DNA from: Chrysomallon squamiferum
Taxonomy: Eukaryota; Animalia; Mollusca
Length of the DNA stretch: 64,000 bases
Assembly (NCBI GenBank): GCA_012295275.1
Contig: CM022665.1
Coordinates: 37,758,001 to 37,822,000, forward strand
Direction: 5' to 3'
The notes under the pieces: model-generated
Databases searched by the model: none
What the model was told of the DNA's origin: nothing
What the model saw: only the letters and a program-made list of their open reading frames with translations
Shown: positions 1-15,640 of the stretch, in pieces
Numbering within the stretch: position 1 is the stretch's first letter
How the letters are laid out: each line of letters starts with the position of its first letter
Made by a program: the position numbers and the translations under genes

Positions 1-1567
1 TAAAGAGTAAAGAACGAGCGAGCGAAAGAATGAAGACCTATATTTATGTAATATATTAACATTCAAATAAAACCAGACCTGTAAGACGTATGGTTTGTTA
101 GATTGCACTGTTGTAGAAAGTAGCGATTCAGACGCATGATTTACGGATGATCAGCAGTAAAAATTTAAAAAAAAAGAAAAAAAGAGAAGAATTTTTTCTC
201 TTAAAAGACAATAACGGTAATAGATCATTCCATTAAATAACTTACACAGCTAACATTTACGACTGAGCTCACGTGTTCTGCTTCTAAATCAAAGGCTTTG
301 TCATTAATTTTAAGAACTGATAATGAAATTTTACATCTTGAATATAAAAAATGTCTTGGTTTTAGATTTATAACTAAAAACCGCCATAAAAGTAAATATC
401 GCTTGTGCAAGCGTCAGAAGCGGAAGTTGGACGTGTATTATAATTATTTCAAAGTCCTCTCTTTTTTTTTTTTTAACTGCTTGCACGTTTCTTTCGTTTT
501 AAGACTATTTCTTCTCTCCTCCACCTATTCCATCCCCCCTCTCTTTAACTCCTTTCCTTATATCTCATTTACCTCTCTCTCTCTGAGTTTCTCTGTAACT
601 GTCTCTAGAGTTCGATTTATTCAGTAATTTCTTGATATCGTCTTCTCTTATATGAAAACAAAAAAATTAAATGACTGGTACTTTTTTGTACCTGTTCTAA
701 TTCTTATGCTTAAGAAATTGCACGTGTCATAAATTAAGCATAAGCAAAAATACTCATAGTTCACTTTTTATTGCACCATAAACGTCTGTTCTCTAACTAG
801 ACTGCATATGTTGCAGACGATGCATTTCTAATGTTGATCAGACTATATCTACTGTAAACCATTAAGCCAAACATGCTTTGAACGGATGTACGCACATTCA
901 CGTGCATGTTCTGCACCGCTGGCAGCATCCGATAACATAGGCACAGATTCTTTTGTCGACCGGCTGGGACCTGAAGTTGAACACGTTTGTTCGAAGTTGG
1001 TCCCATTAAATCATTTCATACAGACGTCAGTGAAATCACAGAAATATTTAACCGCGACTCGAAAACACGACAATAAAAACAGACACTCGCCAATAATTGA
1101 ATTTAGCCGGCATCGAGACCGCTGACAGTGGTTGTTCTCAATCGTAAACCTAAATGCAAACTTGGACAGTCTGATATTCTTTAATTTAGTTTTTGGAAAA
1201 ATATATTACATTAGTTTAATTTAAATTCTGCAGCTGTCGCCTGCGGACTGAACAGAAGTAAAATTAATGTGCAGAAATAAAACGTCCCGTTTTGCTAATC
1301 TAAAAAGAGTAACAGACAACATGGCGGTAACAGGTTTCATCTCTTCGTTATCTGTAATTCGTTATTGTTATCAACATCTTAAAACTATCGTTAAAAAAGG
1401 AATCAATAAATATATCAATATGGAAATATGGCTTCAAACATACAGCTGATGATATAAGATAGAACCCATTTCGTTACTGTTTTGGCTACTTTTATCTATT
1501 ATGTCGTATAACTTTCGTTAGAGATGGAATCTCCATTGTAATTATTATTATTATTATTATTATTATT

Positions 1568-1604
<37 letters not shown>

Positions 1605-2557
1605 ATTTATTTTTTTTTTTTTTTTTTTTAAGGATGGTTATCATTAAACATTCATTATGTTTATGTATAGAGAAGATATAAGTAATTTATTTAAAGTGTT
1701 TTAAAATCTAATATCCAAGACGTAATTTGATAATCTTAGGGAAGGTCCCTGATTCATTACCTTGTAATTGCTATTGAAATAAATGTTTACATGCATATAT
1801 AAATAACAGAAAAACACGTACAAGTGATTTACGCTCAGAAATTCTAATTCCCATCAGATGCGTACCATAACTAATCTTATTATGATCAAAAAGCTCAGCC
1901 ATTAAACTGCTACTAACAAACACTCTAAAAACAAACGGTATACTTCCAAATAATGATATTATTTCAAAGAACCTTTAAAAATAATAAAGTATAAAATATA
2001 CATAAAATAAATACTTTGTTATTATAACTATATTTAACTGTTAACAAACAGTGTTTAGTAAGAAATAAAACAATCCAACGAAAATACACAGAAATGTATG
2101 TTACTTTGATTTTTCGTACAGAATTAAGTTATACAGCAAATTTCTATTCTAACAATCGTTATCAAGAAACTCGTATGTGTAAATGGAATACTATAAAAGT
2201 TAAATATTATCTATCTACTCGCTGTATAATAATCCTGAGGGTACGTTTTAATAAAGATATTTGGTATTATCATTTTTTTAACAGTTGTCTTATGTATATT
2301 ATAGGTACTTGTCAACAGTAACCCCGCATAAATACTGCAACATCGTTGATGAATCTCAGTTAATATAATATTATATTTTGCTTTATTTAACTGACACGGG
2401 TATTGGATAGATTAATATAATGCTCCAGTGAAGGCAAATTTTAAAAAAAAAAAAAATTTTTAAATATATTATCTTTGTAACTGCAGCATTAGTATTATAT
2501 ACGATAATAATAATAATAAAAAAAAAAAAAAAAAAAAAAAAAAACAAACAACAAAAA

Positions 2558-2590
<33 letters not shown>

Positions 2591-3161
2591 AAATACATTA
2601 TAAATATCATCATATAAGCCAAAATATTCTTACAACCCTTCCATACACAACAACAACACACGCTTACGCAAACACAAATACACATTCAGACACCCGCGGT
2701 CTATATTTATACCGCAGGCTGGAATGCATGAAGTCACGCTTGTGTCCTTGCGAAACTCCATGTAATTTGAAATATGCAGAATTCGCCGTAACATATGATT
2801 ACAAAGCTGCAGTTTGAAAAAAAAACTAGATAATAAAACATCACCCGAACCTCTTTGATGATCCTTCTGCGTCAACAGAACCTCTGACCTCACAGATTCC
2901 AATCTCTACCTAGCTTTATGTGCATTTGATAATAATAGAACAACAGAGTGGATAAAAAGATAAATACAGTGTTTACTCGTACCCAGGGGTAACGCCTTGC
3001 TCTTGTCGAACCGAATAACCCGAAACGTATTAGCAGACTGCATATATTTCTTACTGTCACACGTTAATAAAAGATGATTGTGCAGTTTTTATTGTTATTA
3101 TCTCTATTTATAAATGTATATCTTTCTGTATGTATTCTATATATATCCACACACAGGCACA

Positions 3162-3208
<47 letters not shown>

Positions 3209-3459
3209 TATATGTATGCGTGTATGTGTATGTGTGAGTACTTTTATAAATTATATTTTTTTAAATGTTAATAATAATAATAATGGTAATGATGATTACG
3301 ATCATGTGATGGTGATGATGATGACGAAGAATGATGACGAATTTAACAATATGATGAATTTAACAATGATGATAATAATGACAGTAATAATGATAACGAT
3401 TATTATTAGTAGTAATGGTAAATTAGTAATAGTAGTAATAATAAGAATAACAATAAAAT

Positions 3460-3915
3460 AACTAAAAGTACTACTACTAGTAGTAATAGTAGAATAGTAC
3501 AGCAGAGATAGTAGAATAGTAGTAGTAAAAGTAATAGTAGTTATAGTACAATAGTAGTATTCGTAAAAATAGTAGTAGTAGTAGTAGTAGCAGTACTAGT
3601 AGCACTGTTCTAGTAGTAATAGTAGAAGTAGTAGTAGTAGTAGAAGCAGTACTAGTAGCACTACTAGAAGTAATAGTAGAAATAGAGTAGTAGTAGAAGC
3701 AGTAGTAGTTGTACTACTAGAAGTAATAGTAGAAGTAGTAGTAGTAGCAGTACTAGTAGTAATAGTAGAAGTAGTAGTAGTAGTAATGGTACTAGTAGTA
3801 ATATTAGAAGTAGTAGTTGTTGTACTACTAGAAGTAATAGTAGTAGTAGTAGTAGCAGTACTAGTAGTACTACTAGTAGTAATAGTAGAAGTAGTAGCAG
3901 TAGTAGTAGTAGTAA
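3460..3915 (+). repeat. Cryptic (AGT)n low-complexity tract
   Basis: Imperfect AGT/ACT trinucleotide repeats. Similar tracts lie at ~9620-9840, 11415-11560, 28020-28410, 30655-30845 and 38340-38500. Confidence 0.9.
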
Positions 3916-4674
3916 CAGGTAACTGTGGTTGTTGCTGTTGTAACTGTTTTAACAGTAATCATGGGTATAATAATAGAGGAATAACAAACAGCATTAATAA
4001 AATGTATAATTTCATTCAAAATTTCAAGCTCAAAAATGCCATTGTCATATATTATAATAAACATCATTTTGCTTATTTGACTGTCAAATAATAATAATGA
4101 TGATGATGATGATGATGATGATGATATTTATGATAATGATAATAAAAATAAAACAAAAATGGTCATGATCATGATTATAATAATAATAATGATAATAATG
4201 ATGATGATGATGATATTGTAATGAAGCTGAGAATAATAATGATAATATATATATATAAAAAAAACGTATAAAAAAAACAATGAAATGATTTAATAACTTT
4301 TCAGTTTCATTAAGCAAACTAAAATGGCCATTACGGTAATTAAAAAATGTATCCATTAAAACGAGGACACTATCAGAGACTACAAACGTGGGAGTCTAGA
4401 TTTATTACATAATTCAAAGCACAACATCGTAGTATGAACCTCCCAGTCTTAATAAAAGGAAGCTATTACTGTTTCGTTACCATTAAATCATGGAATTTGG
4501 GGTAAATACGGTGATGGTTATATTTTTAATTACGTAACGGTATGTTTGATTAAAATTCTTGGCACCTTTTGCTGACAAATTCCTACCGCACAGATTTTAT
4601 ATAAACAAATCTAATGTGTTTTTTTTTTTTTTTTTTTATAAACATAGTCTTTTGTAGAAATAAAATAAAATATA

Positions 4675-4754
<80 letters not shown>

Positions 4755-5123
4755 GCTATATCTGAGCAACCTCGCGACTTTCTTCAGGAACTCTGTGACG
4801 ACATCATGCTGTCGTTCAAAGTTTAATGTGCAAATTAAAGGAGAAAAATGTCATGTACACGAATATGTTGTTATTGTTGAACCTTTGCTGTCTTGTGGGA
4901 CTTTAATACCTGAGATAGTGCTGAAGGTTGGGAAACTATTTGAGATGTAGCAAAAACCTACTTAATGTATCACCTAACATTTGTTTTATTTAATCTAGTG
5001 TAGGTTGCGAATGCTGTCTACGGCTCATAATATAATCTTTTAAAAAAAAAAAAAAGTTATCGGTTGTGATATCTAACCTTTTGGGAATAAAATATACTTA
5101 AAATAATAATAATAATAATAATA

Positions 5124-5165
<42 letters not shown>

Positions 5166-5621
5166 CGACAACAACAACAACAACGATGTTTTAACTGTTG
5201 TTAGTTAGTTTATCGACGATGTCAACCGTAGTGAGGCGGCGTTTAAGTCTGGCACGCAGAAAACAATTTCTTGAAAATCTACAGAATGTAAACGCAGTGA
5301 CATGCTGTCACTTGCGCGAACATGCCGTATCCCCGTCATTCACCACCATCACACCAGTCGAGTTATTCTGGCGATCCCAGTCGAACTATCTCTGCCACGT
5401 ACGTATTCATACGCTGACCTGCGAAACCGCACATGGCAGCACGCGCCGGGTGTGCCTCTCTCTCGAGAAGGAGTACGATAAGGCACCACGTGTTTGTTAA
5501 TAACGGGTGGACCGTGGTGTCACCGCTTTTGAAAAAAACACATATCATGGTACTTTCAACAGTAGACGTAATATTTATACTCTGGAATGTGATCTGGGTG
5601 CGAATATATAAAATGAAATGA

Positions 5622-5684
<63 letters not shown>

Positions 5685-6281
5685 AACAAATAAATAAATA
5701 AATAAATAATGAAGACAGAAAGAAAGAAAGAAAGAAAGAAAAAAAGAAAGAAAAAAGAAAATGTTGATCTTTGTTATGTATAAGGAAGTTCATACAAACC
5801 ATCAATGGTGAACATTTCGGCCTCAAAACTGGTCTTATAATAATAATAATCTGAAGTTTCTGTCAATGACTTGAAGATTACGTTTTGAATTATTTCAGTT
5901 CTAACGAATCTTAGAAAGTTAACGTTGTATTTTTAAGAAATCAGAAAATCTCCAAAACAGGGATCATATTCTTCGTTTGACATATTCAGTATGGTATGTA
6001 TCCCACGTTCCTGAATCCTTGTCTCAGGCATATAGATGTACATACATATATACATACGAATATAGAATGTATGTGCGCTTGTGCGTTTATTTGTTTAGAT
6101 ATATGTATGCATCCATTCATTCACACATTTCTTTTTTTTTTATATAATCATCCAACCATCAATCATCCTTTCACTTACTTCCTTTCCTTCTGTCAGATAT
6201 TAAACAAACATTATTACAATAAATAACAACACATTTCTTTTCACATGATTTATAACAACTTCTGAATTTGCTTCCAAGAGG

Positions 6282-6413
<132 letters not shown>

Positions 6414-7980
6414 TGTAACGGCGTTTACAAAGCTTCTTTCATCACCACTTTCTCCATGTAATACACGATAAACATGTCGGTGTTCGTCTTTCAACATCTC
6501 CTATGCGTAGTGCCATTACAAAATTCATAGAAGCACAAACATGAGTAAGGCAGCAGGAATGAAGACAAAGCAGGCAATAATGAAATGTCCTGACCCAATT
6601 TGCAATGAAAGCAAACAGCAGTAAAAGAGAAAAGCTGAAAAAGCATCCTACGTTGACTTGATACATGCAGAGATACACAACCCCCGCACTAAGTAAAACT
6701 GAAGTGGTGAGTTCGCCATTTGTTGTTGGTTTGTTTATCAGCGCTGTTATTGCAAATATGCAGCACGGATTGCTACCTACTGAGAAAAAGGCAGAGGAAA
6801 TTTCAAAAAACGAAAAATATTTTAAAGAAAAAAAGGAAAATAAAAATAGATTATAAAGAACGGGGATGGAATGAAAGAATAAATTAGTTATTTATTATTA
6901 ATGTATGGAAATGTGTGCATGTCGATGCAGATGATACAATTATAGGTATATTAACATATAATACTTGTAAAAAAAAATGAAATTTTCTGCTTTTTTTTAC
7001 AATATGTAAGTAAACAGACGATTACTTATGGCATTATTAGAAATAAAAAGATACGAAAAAAATAAATAAATATGAAAACAAGTAAGTAAATAAATAAATA
7101 AACAGCTAAGTAAATAAGCAGACAAATATATAAATAAACAAACAAACAAATAGGTTATTCAAAAAGCTACAGACACCAGGTTATTCGAAAACGGTTTTGG
7201 TAACAACATGCTATTTTAAAAAGATAAAAGATAAAGAAGAAAAAAAAAAAAGAATAATAAAAAATTAAAAAAAAAAAAAAAAAAAAAAAGAAAGAAAACA
7301 AAATTATGAGGAACAGTTTATAAAAACGTGAATTTCAGCAGAATCCTTATCATATAATTATGTGTCGGAATGGCAGTTACGCCGGGAGATACTTGTATCA
7401 GTCGAAAACAAATATCAGGATAAAATTCCAGTCCACGAAAACTTTTCCGAAATAAGATTTGTCGTTTTACATTAGTTTTTGTTTGGAATTTAGAAGAAGA
7501 AGAAGAAAAAATTTAAAAAATGATGATTTTGAGAGATTAGTTTAAAAGAAATTAAACAAGAAAAGAAGAAAACTGCGGGGGCGAAGAAAAACGAAAAGGA
7601 GCTAAGTAAAGAAAGAATAAAAGAAAAAGAAAAAAAAAAAAAGAGATGAAAAATGAATGAAAAACAGAGACGATATAAAACTGCATGTGTCACCTAAACA
7701 TGGGAGATAACATGTAGAAGGGCTGTTATCTTTTTAATAGCACACCGCAGCGCCTGCAAATGTCTTTAATGACTCGAAATGTGTTAATTTGTTCGGTTAA
7801 TGTGTTTGTTATTCCATTAAAACGAGCCAATTACAGGCTTGTCAAATGGAGAATACAACAAATACACTGCACTTATTTATTTTGTTTTCACGTGTAGAAG
7901 CGAAAGTTCCGACATATTCGCAAAGCGCTGAATCTAGATTGGTGAGAATGAAAAGAAAAAAAAAGGAAATAATTATAAAA

Positions 7981-8005
7981 TTTTTATTTAACGACCCTCT
8001 TAAAA

Positions 8006-8063
<58 letters not shown>

Positions 8064-8240
8064 TCATGTTGTCATACACATGATTAAAGAGCATACTGAT
8101 GTTCAGTGAGGAAATCTACTACCGTCACCCGGCGAGCACTTTTTTTTAATGAGTAGCACAAGGAATCTTTCGTAGGCATCGTACAAGACAGGGAAGACAG
8201 CGCATACCACAATCTTTGATAAGCTACCCGTGGGTATGAA
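7981..8240 (-). mobile_element. Degenerate SINE copy (same family as 37600), with an inserted (ATT)n
   Basis: TTTATTTAACGAC tail, then GAGGAAATCTACT, AATGAGTAGCACAAGGAATCTTT and CATACCACAATCTTTGAT, which are reverse-complement-like to the core and tail of the 37600 copy. Confidence 0.55.
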
Positions 8241-8359
8241 CTAAAGAATGAAAAACACAGTGAAAAGGGAAAGGGAAAAAGAAGGAAGGGATAAATGAAT
8301 TTTATTTATTTATGAAGACAATCGCAAAAGAATTGATTTTTGCTTTATTTTCTTTCTAA

Positions 8360-8392
<33 letters not shown>

Positions 8393-8939
8393 CATCATAA
8401 GGATTACCAAGTTAAAAACAATATATAATAAAATAATCACATAGTGAAATATATTATAAGCTCTGACTATCCACCTGTAATTCATCAAATACTCTTTACA
8501 TCATTTTAAAAATTCCACTTTAAATATGATCCGCATTTTAGCCGATCCGCTGCATGAGCCATGGCGTTTTCAAATTAAGGGTGAAATGATTATTAATGTG
8601 GCACTAACAAGGAATCGGCAGCCCTCTCCAACCTCGCTTTACATCACTGACTTTTCTGTTCTGTTTTGTTCTTCACGTAAACCACGGATCAAAGGTGATG
8701 GTAACTGTTCAGCAAATGTGTGAACAGACGTCTCCAACCAACATTCCGTAAGCGCGCGTTTGGTTTCGTAAATTCCGAAAAATGCCGGAAATTCCGTTAA
8801 TGAAAACAAAGAGTATACAGACGTATTCTTTATGATGAAATTGTTGGGGTGTGTCATCCACGCCTTTTCGTGCGAATTCCAATTTGATGAGGGTGTGTAC
8901 GAAACAAACTATATATAGGTTATACGTACAGAGAGAGAG

Positions 8940-9047
<108 letters not shown>

Positions 9048-10516
9048 ATAATAATAGTAATGATGATGATGATATCAAAAAAATCGAAAACTCCTTGGTT
9101 CCAATAAATAGGTTTAAGAAACAAAAATAGCAATAAATAATTAAAAATGAAAAGGAGTTATTGAAACTGAAATAAATTAAATAGAAAACATGATGATGTT
9201 GTTTGTTTATTTTAACTGAAGAAAACAGCTTCATAATTTATTGTTTTTAAAGATAAAGTTGTTTTTTTTTCGTTTATTTTTTTCTAATTTTTCTTTTTCT
9301 AGTAAGAAAAATTATTAACCACATAGTACTGTCTTTCAAGATTAGAATCTTTTGAAAGAATTTAATAATAATAGTAATCTGTAACTGGCAGTGACAGTTC
9401 AGAAAACTATTCTCATAATGGAACTGTTTTGTTTTCGTATTCACTCAAATCACAATTTATTAAGTATGGCATTTTTATTTATTTATTTTTATTATTTTTT
9501 TCTTTTTTTAATTTTTTTTTTTATTTTTTTTTTTTTAACTGACCCAAATAGCTTTTGTTTGTACTATGTTTATCACTCCAACACAATCTAGCAATGAGCA
9601 CAATTTATTATTAAATATTAACATTCTACTACTGCTACTACTACTACTACTAGTACTGCTACCACTACTACTTCTACTATTATTTCTTGTAGTACTATTA
9701 GCACTGCTACTACTACTTCTACTATTACTACTAGTTACTACTACTACTTCTACTACTACTATTGCTACTATAACTGCTAGTGCTCCTACTATTCTTCTCT
9801 ACTGTACTATTACTACTACTACTAGTAGTACTATTAGTTCTTTTATTTACTGATGCAACAACCCAACCATTTTTGTACGCAGTTTATTTTCCTCCATTCC
9901 TTACAAAGCAAAACCGTAAGAAGAGCAAAGTCCTGTGCTTATTTCGTACCACAAAACCCCGCCCAGGAGTATCCAAATTCCATGTACACATGTACCTAGA
10001 ACTATGTACCTAAGTTTTTCTTTTAGTTTTTTTTTAGTTTTTTTTTTTTTTTACGACGTCTGCCAACAGCTGTTTGTGTGTTCACCAGTCGCAATTTGTT
10101 TATCTTCTTAACCACGGTCGCGATGACACGAGATATAAAATATTTTCCACCCACACTGCATAGGTTACCCACATTTTTTTTTTTTTTTTTTTTTCTTGCA
10201 TTATAGTAATAATCTTACAATGCTAACTTAAAGAGCAGAAAGATGTGGCGAGTCTGAAATATCATTTTACTATCACTGGAAGATTTGCGTTCTCAAAAAC
10301 AAAAGCGAATTTTTGTTTTAATTTATATCATGTGAGGTTGTGACCTGCTCCAAAGCTTTGAAAATTAAAATCAAAACGAGAATAAGAGATGATAATTTAT
10401 AATTAATATATATATATATATATATATATATGTAAATATATTATTTTTCATTATTAAGCTATAATCTGTTCGCCATTTCTGTAACGGTTTCATGGGTATC
10501 TCCTTCTCTCTCTGAA

Positions 10517-10548
<32 letters not shown>

Positions 10549-10576
10549 CGTTTGTGTGTGTGTGTTTGTGTGCGTT

Positions 10577-10608
<32 letters not shown>

Positions 10609-11665
10609 CACATATATACATACTAATTCTTACAAATCATGTAACAGACTGAGTAATGTGTTCTTACAAATCAGGGTATCGAGTGCGTGTCTGAACTTAG
10701 AAATGAGGAATGTACCGTATCTAGTACATGTACTTGGAAACCAGGGATCATCTGTTTATAACAACACCTCAACAGCTGTGGGGGCATTTCGTTCTACTTT
10801 ATATTTAATACCAAAACCAACTTTTAGAACGTTAGATAAACACAGCACAAAATAATAAGCACTTAGGGGAAAATGATTTACCATTCATGGCTTTCCTGTG
10901 ACCAGAAATACACCAATATTCGCAAGAGACTTGAAGGAATTATTTCACTGAATATGTGGGTTTTTTTTTTTTTTTTTTTTTTTAAGGCTTATGGTGCTTC
11001 TTTGTAAAGAAAAAAAAGCGGTCAAAGGACAGTATTTTTAAGAGTAATTGTTCGACTTGGTTCGTTAGAGACATATTAGAAATGAAATATAATTATGGAG
11101 GAAAACTCGGTTAATTTTCAGGACACCTGGTCTTAAAGGTGATGGCTTTCAGTTTTTATACTAATGCTGAATGTTACGGTTGTTGGTACTAAGGCATCAG
11201 GTTCATGCTGTTGGAATAAGTCTATCATGACAGCGTGAACTGTATTTATATATAAGATGGATATTTACTGTGGAAATGGTGATAACTATGTTACAGGTTT
11301 TGGGGCATTGAAATTAATATTATTATCATTTTTGCTGCTGCAGTTGTTTTGGCTGTTGTTGTGGTATTATTTTTACTGTTTTACTTGTCGTAACTGCCAT
11401 TATTATTATTACAAAAAGTAGTCGCAGTAGTAGTAGCAGTAGTAGTAACAGTAGCAATAACAGTCGTAGTCGTAGTGCATGTTGTAGTATGTAGTTCAAG
11501 TAGTAAAAGCAATATCAGCAGTAGTAAATGTAGTTGTTGTAGCAGTAGTAGTAGTAAAAGTGACTGTTATTGGTTATCTTAATTTCGTTCTTTTCTATAG
11601 TGTTATTAGTGCATGGCTATAAATTGATTGTTAGAAAAAGATACACTATTTTCCGAGACACACGC

Positions 11666-11758
<93 letters not shown>

Positions 11759-12177
11759 TTTTTCCTCTATAATCGTTACATGGCATATTTGTTGTTATCC
11801 TTCACTCCTCAGTGATAAATATAATTTTTATGGGACTTATTCAAGGGCTTTTTTTTAGTGGTTTCACGTGGCGTTAATTGAGCGTGGGAAGCAATTATCA
11901 CTATTATAATATTAGCGGCATTCCTCACCCACTGCCACTCCCAAACGATATGCTGCTCTAATTCTGGACCGCAAGTTTACCGCAAATGACCGAAAAGAAG
12001 CCGCTGTGTTGCGTGAATATCAAAACTGTTGACGGATGGGTTTAGTCCAGAGGTGCTATTTTGCGAATTATAAGTACCTTTCCTTGTTAATTGTACGCAC
12101 TGAATTTTATAAATCCCTTCATTTAAATAATAACAAATAGTATTTAAATAACATGAATGAGATAAATAAATGAGATA

Positions 12178-12263
<86 letters not shown>

Positions 12264-13202
12264 GACAGAAATACACAGACAGAGGGGATCATTACGGTGG
12301 TCCCGTAAGCTTAAAAAAATAAAACTATTTTTTAGTCTCAAAATGAACTGTAGAAGTTAATTTTAAATTTGTCATTAAATAGATTATTCTAAACCAATTT
12401 TTTTTATAAGTATTTACGGTATCTTTTGGGGAACATTGCTGAAACTACTTAATCTAACATAGCGACATGACTGGCACCAATTCCTTTCTTAGGCGTAAAT
12501 ATAGGAGTTCTCCTGCAGAGCATGAGTGTTGGCGTAATTGTTACAGATTTCAGTCCATTTAAAATTGTTACGATCATAGCCGAAATATTCCAGATATTTG
12601 ATAACATACTATTAGTCATCTTTGGCTATTGTTTATTAATTTCTAATTTTATGTTTTCAAGAAATGAAAATATATATATAATGAAAATTTCTAAAAGAAT
12701 AAAAATAAAACATTGCAAAAAACTATATATATTGATTTACTTTTTACGTTTTTAGCATTTTAATTCATTTTTATGTATTTCACTATTCTAGCTTTCTTTC
12801 TTAAAAGTAGGCCAGACAGAAAGGTATAGAGAAGGAAAAAAAAAAAAAAAGAAAAGAAAGAAGAAGGTCAAAGGTCATTTTCTAACATGCTTCTAACAAA
12901 AGTATGCCTGCTTTAATCCGATTTGAATCAGGTTTTCGTTTTCAAGCATTTGTGTAAAATTATCATATGGAAAGAATAATACAAATATCACTGTGAAATA
13001 TTCATAAGCCTGATTCGTGTGCACATACGCTTTAATTGTACTTGCCAACAGCAAACAGAAAAGTGTTATAAAAACAATAAAAGAAACGAATTCTGTATGA
13101 TTATTCGTTATGTATTATTCTGGTACAGATCAATGCTATTTCTAGACACAAGGCATAATTTAATTTAGTCTGACCAGCTATTAATTACAAAAGCCAAAAA
13201 AC

Positions 13203-13292
<90 letters not shown>

Positions 13293-14058
13293 GGATGAAT
13301 GAATAGCTGGGGATGTAAGAATCTCGTCGCCTTTTGCATTCTGTGTGAATATAAATGTGTATACGTTTGTGTATGTGTGTATGTGTGTATGTATGTGTGT
13401 GCTTATATGTGTATACGTGTGATTATGTGTGTGTGCTTTGTGTATGGGTATATGTATGTGCATTTTCTGATACTCATCATCCCTTTCCTTTTTTCTTATT
13501 TCATCCTTTTCATTTATTATTTTATCTTATGCAGAGAAAGTAATAAAAGAGAAGGAAATTTTGAAAATAAACCCATACGTGTCCAATACAAGCTATGATT
13601 CACGGTAACGTTTGTTATATTAAATTTATTAAATTAAATACGGTATGACAAAAATCTTTATTGTTTCTGTGGTTGTTACGTGATTTAGAGTTATGTTGGA
13701 ATGTATTGTGTTCTTATGGTCCTATCCTTATTTTAAAAGTGGAGCAACATAAAGTGACATTGACAAAAATATCTTTTGAACTCTGCTTTGTACAAATTTA
13801 AGTCCTCCATGGTTACCTATAGTGAGTCGAGCTTTAAATGTCAGGTGTCGAAACACGTTTCTAGAATCAAGCATTTAGTACTTGAAGCTTAAGTTTCGTC
13901 TAACACATTATCGTGTGCTTTTTCTTCTAAAGGTACATAAATGACACTTTAATAGCATAGCCAACGTTGTTTTCATCATTGTGGGTTTTTTTTGCTAATC
14001 TCTACCAAGATAATGGAGCTGATAAAACATACTTTTTTCTTCTTCTTTTTCACTTATT

Positions 14059-14063
<5 letters not shown>

Positions 14064-14132
<69 letters not shown>
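14064..14132. repeat. Palindromic (AAT)n-(ATT)n microsatellite
   Basis: About 11 AAT units directly abut about 11 ATT units, making the tract self-complementary. Confidence 0.9.
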
Positions 14133-14133
<1 letters not shown>

Positions 14134-15215
14134 AAGAATTTATCATTATGTATAATCTTTTTCTTTGTTTCAAAACTTTCTAAGCTAGAAATCTTGCACT
14201 GTTAAAATTACACCTCTGTGTTATTTGGTCTTGATTGTTATACAGTTTGCGCCTGAAGTCGGTATGTAGAAATTGAATAAATGCAGTATTAGGAAGCTTT
14301 GTAAATTTTCAATTACAATTCAGATTCTTAAAGATAGTATTTCAGGATGAAGCGAGTTTTACATCGGCAACTTTAAAACAGCTATAAACCTGACACCCTA
14401 TTTGTGTAGCGTCGAAGAGTTCTTCGACAAGTTTTTAACTGGTGTTACGCATTCCAACAAGTAATTTGTAATTCCAAACGTTATCACCAGAATACCAGTT
14501 TATGTCTTCAGCGGGTCTGTATGTATTTCTTTTTTTCTTTTTTTTTTTTTTTTTTTTTTTTTCTTTTAACACATAAAATTCATTTTGACAAAGAAATGGC
14601 CATGAACTTACGCCTTTTAAAGAAAATAAAACTATTACACGTAAAAAGTGTTAATGGAAAAAGCAAAGAAATTTCACATTCCTCGTATAATGTGTATTCA
14701 GCGGGCTGAACGGTAGCAACTGCCATTACACTTTTATAATATCATTGGCATATGTCAAATTTAGAGAGAAGGGGAAAAAAAAATATAAAGGGTGGAGTTC
14801 AAGTTGTTTTATTAAAATATTATTATCACCGTATATTTTAAAAAAAAGTAAATAGAAAACGAACAAACAAATACTGAAATGTACACTATTTATTTTTATA
14901 CATAGTTAGAATAGCTGCTATAGATCGATAATTCATATGGCTTACGTTAATAAATAAAAATATGAAGGGTGGAGATCTTGAAAACGACATGTTTTTTTTT
15001 GAAATATATGTCTACATCATTAAAATGTTATTAACATACTTTTAAAGTAAAGAAACCACAAAGGCGTAGACGCTAGGCTCATTTCTTACTTCTTTTTTTT
15101 TTTTTTTTTTAAAGCTTGGTTGCTTGGTTATAGTCATTAACAGTTATTTCTGAACATGTAGTCACAAACAATCGAGGTTCTGAGAGCGACAGAGGTGAGA
15201 GAAAGAGAAACAGAC

Positions 15216-15319
<104 letters not shown>

Positions 15320-15444
15320 ATTCACGGACCATTCACGGACCATTCAACATATTTCAATATTAACAGTTGTTAGATATATAAAGTGATTTTAATATAAATG
15401 GTATGAGAGAGGATAAAGACTGCCAATACTTAGACACATTTATC

Positions 15445-15640
15445 TGGGCTATTGTTATCTGTTAACAGTAAGGACTTCTTGTATACGACAGTGAAACACA
15501 TACCATGACCTTTGAGAAAGCAGTCGTACGAAACTGGTCGGAACGGAAAATCGTTCTGAGGTACTCCGTGAAAGACGAATCATACTGCGACCTACCACGA
15601 CATATTATGTTGGTGATTAAACAACTGAGTTACTGTTCGT
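15445..15640 (-). mobile_element. Highly degenerate SINE fragment
   Basis: GGGCTATT...AACAGTAAGGACTTCTTGTAT...ACACATACCATGACCTTTGAG..CAGTCGT..ACTGGTCGGAACGGAAAAT parallels the 8130-8240 segment. Confidence 0.45.

Noticed and set aside
5198-5500. 100-aa plus-strand ORF
   Set aside because: It starts at TTG, has no recognisable motif and no supporting exon chain; it is probably open because of local GC richness.
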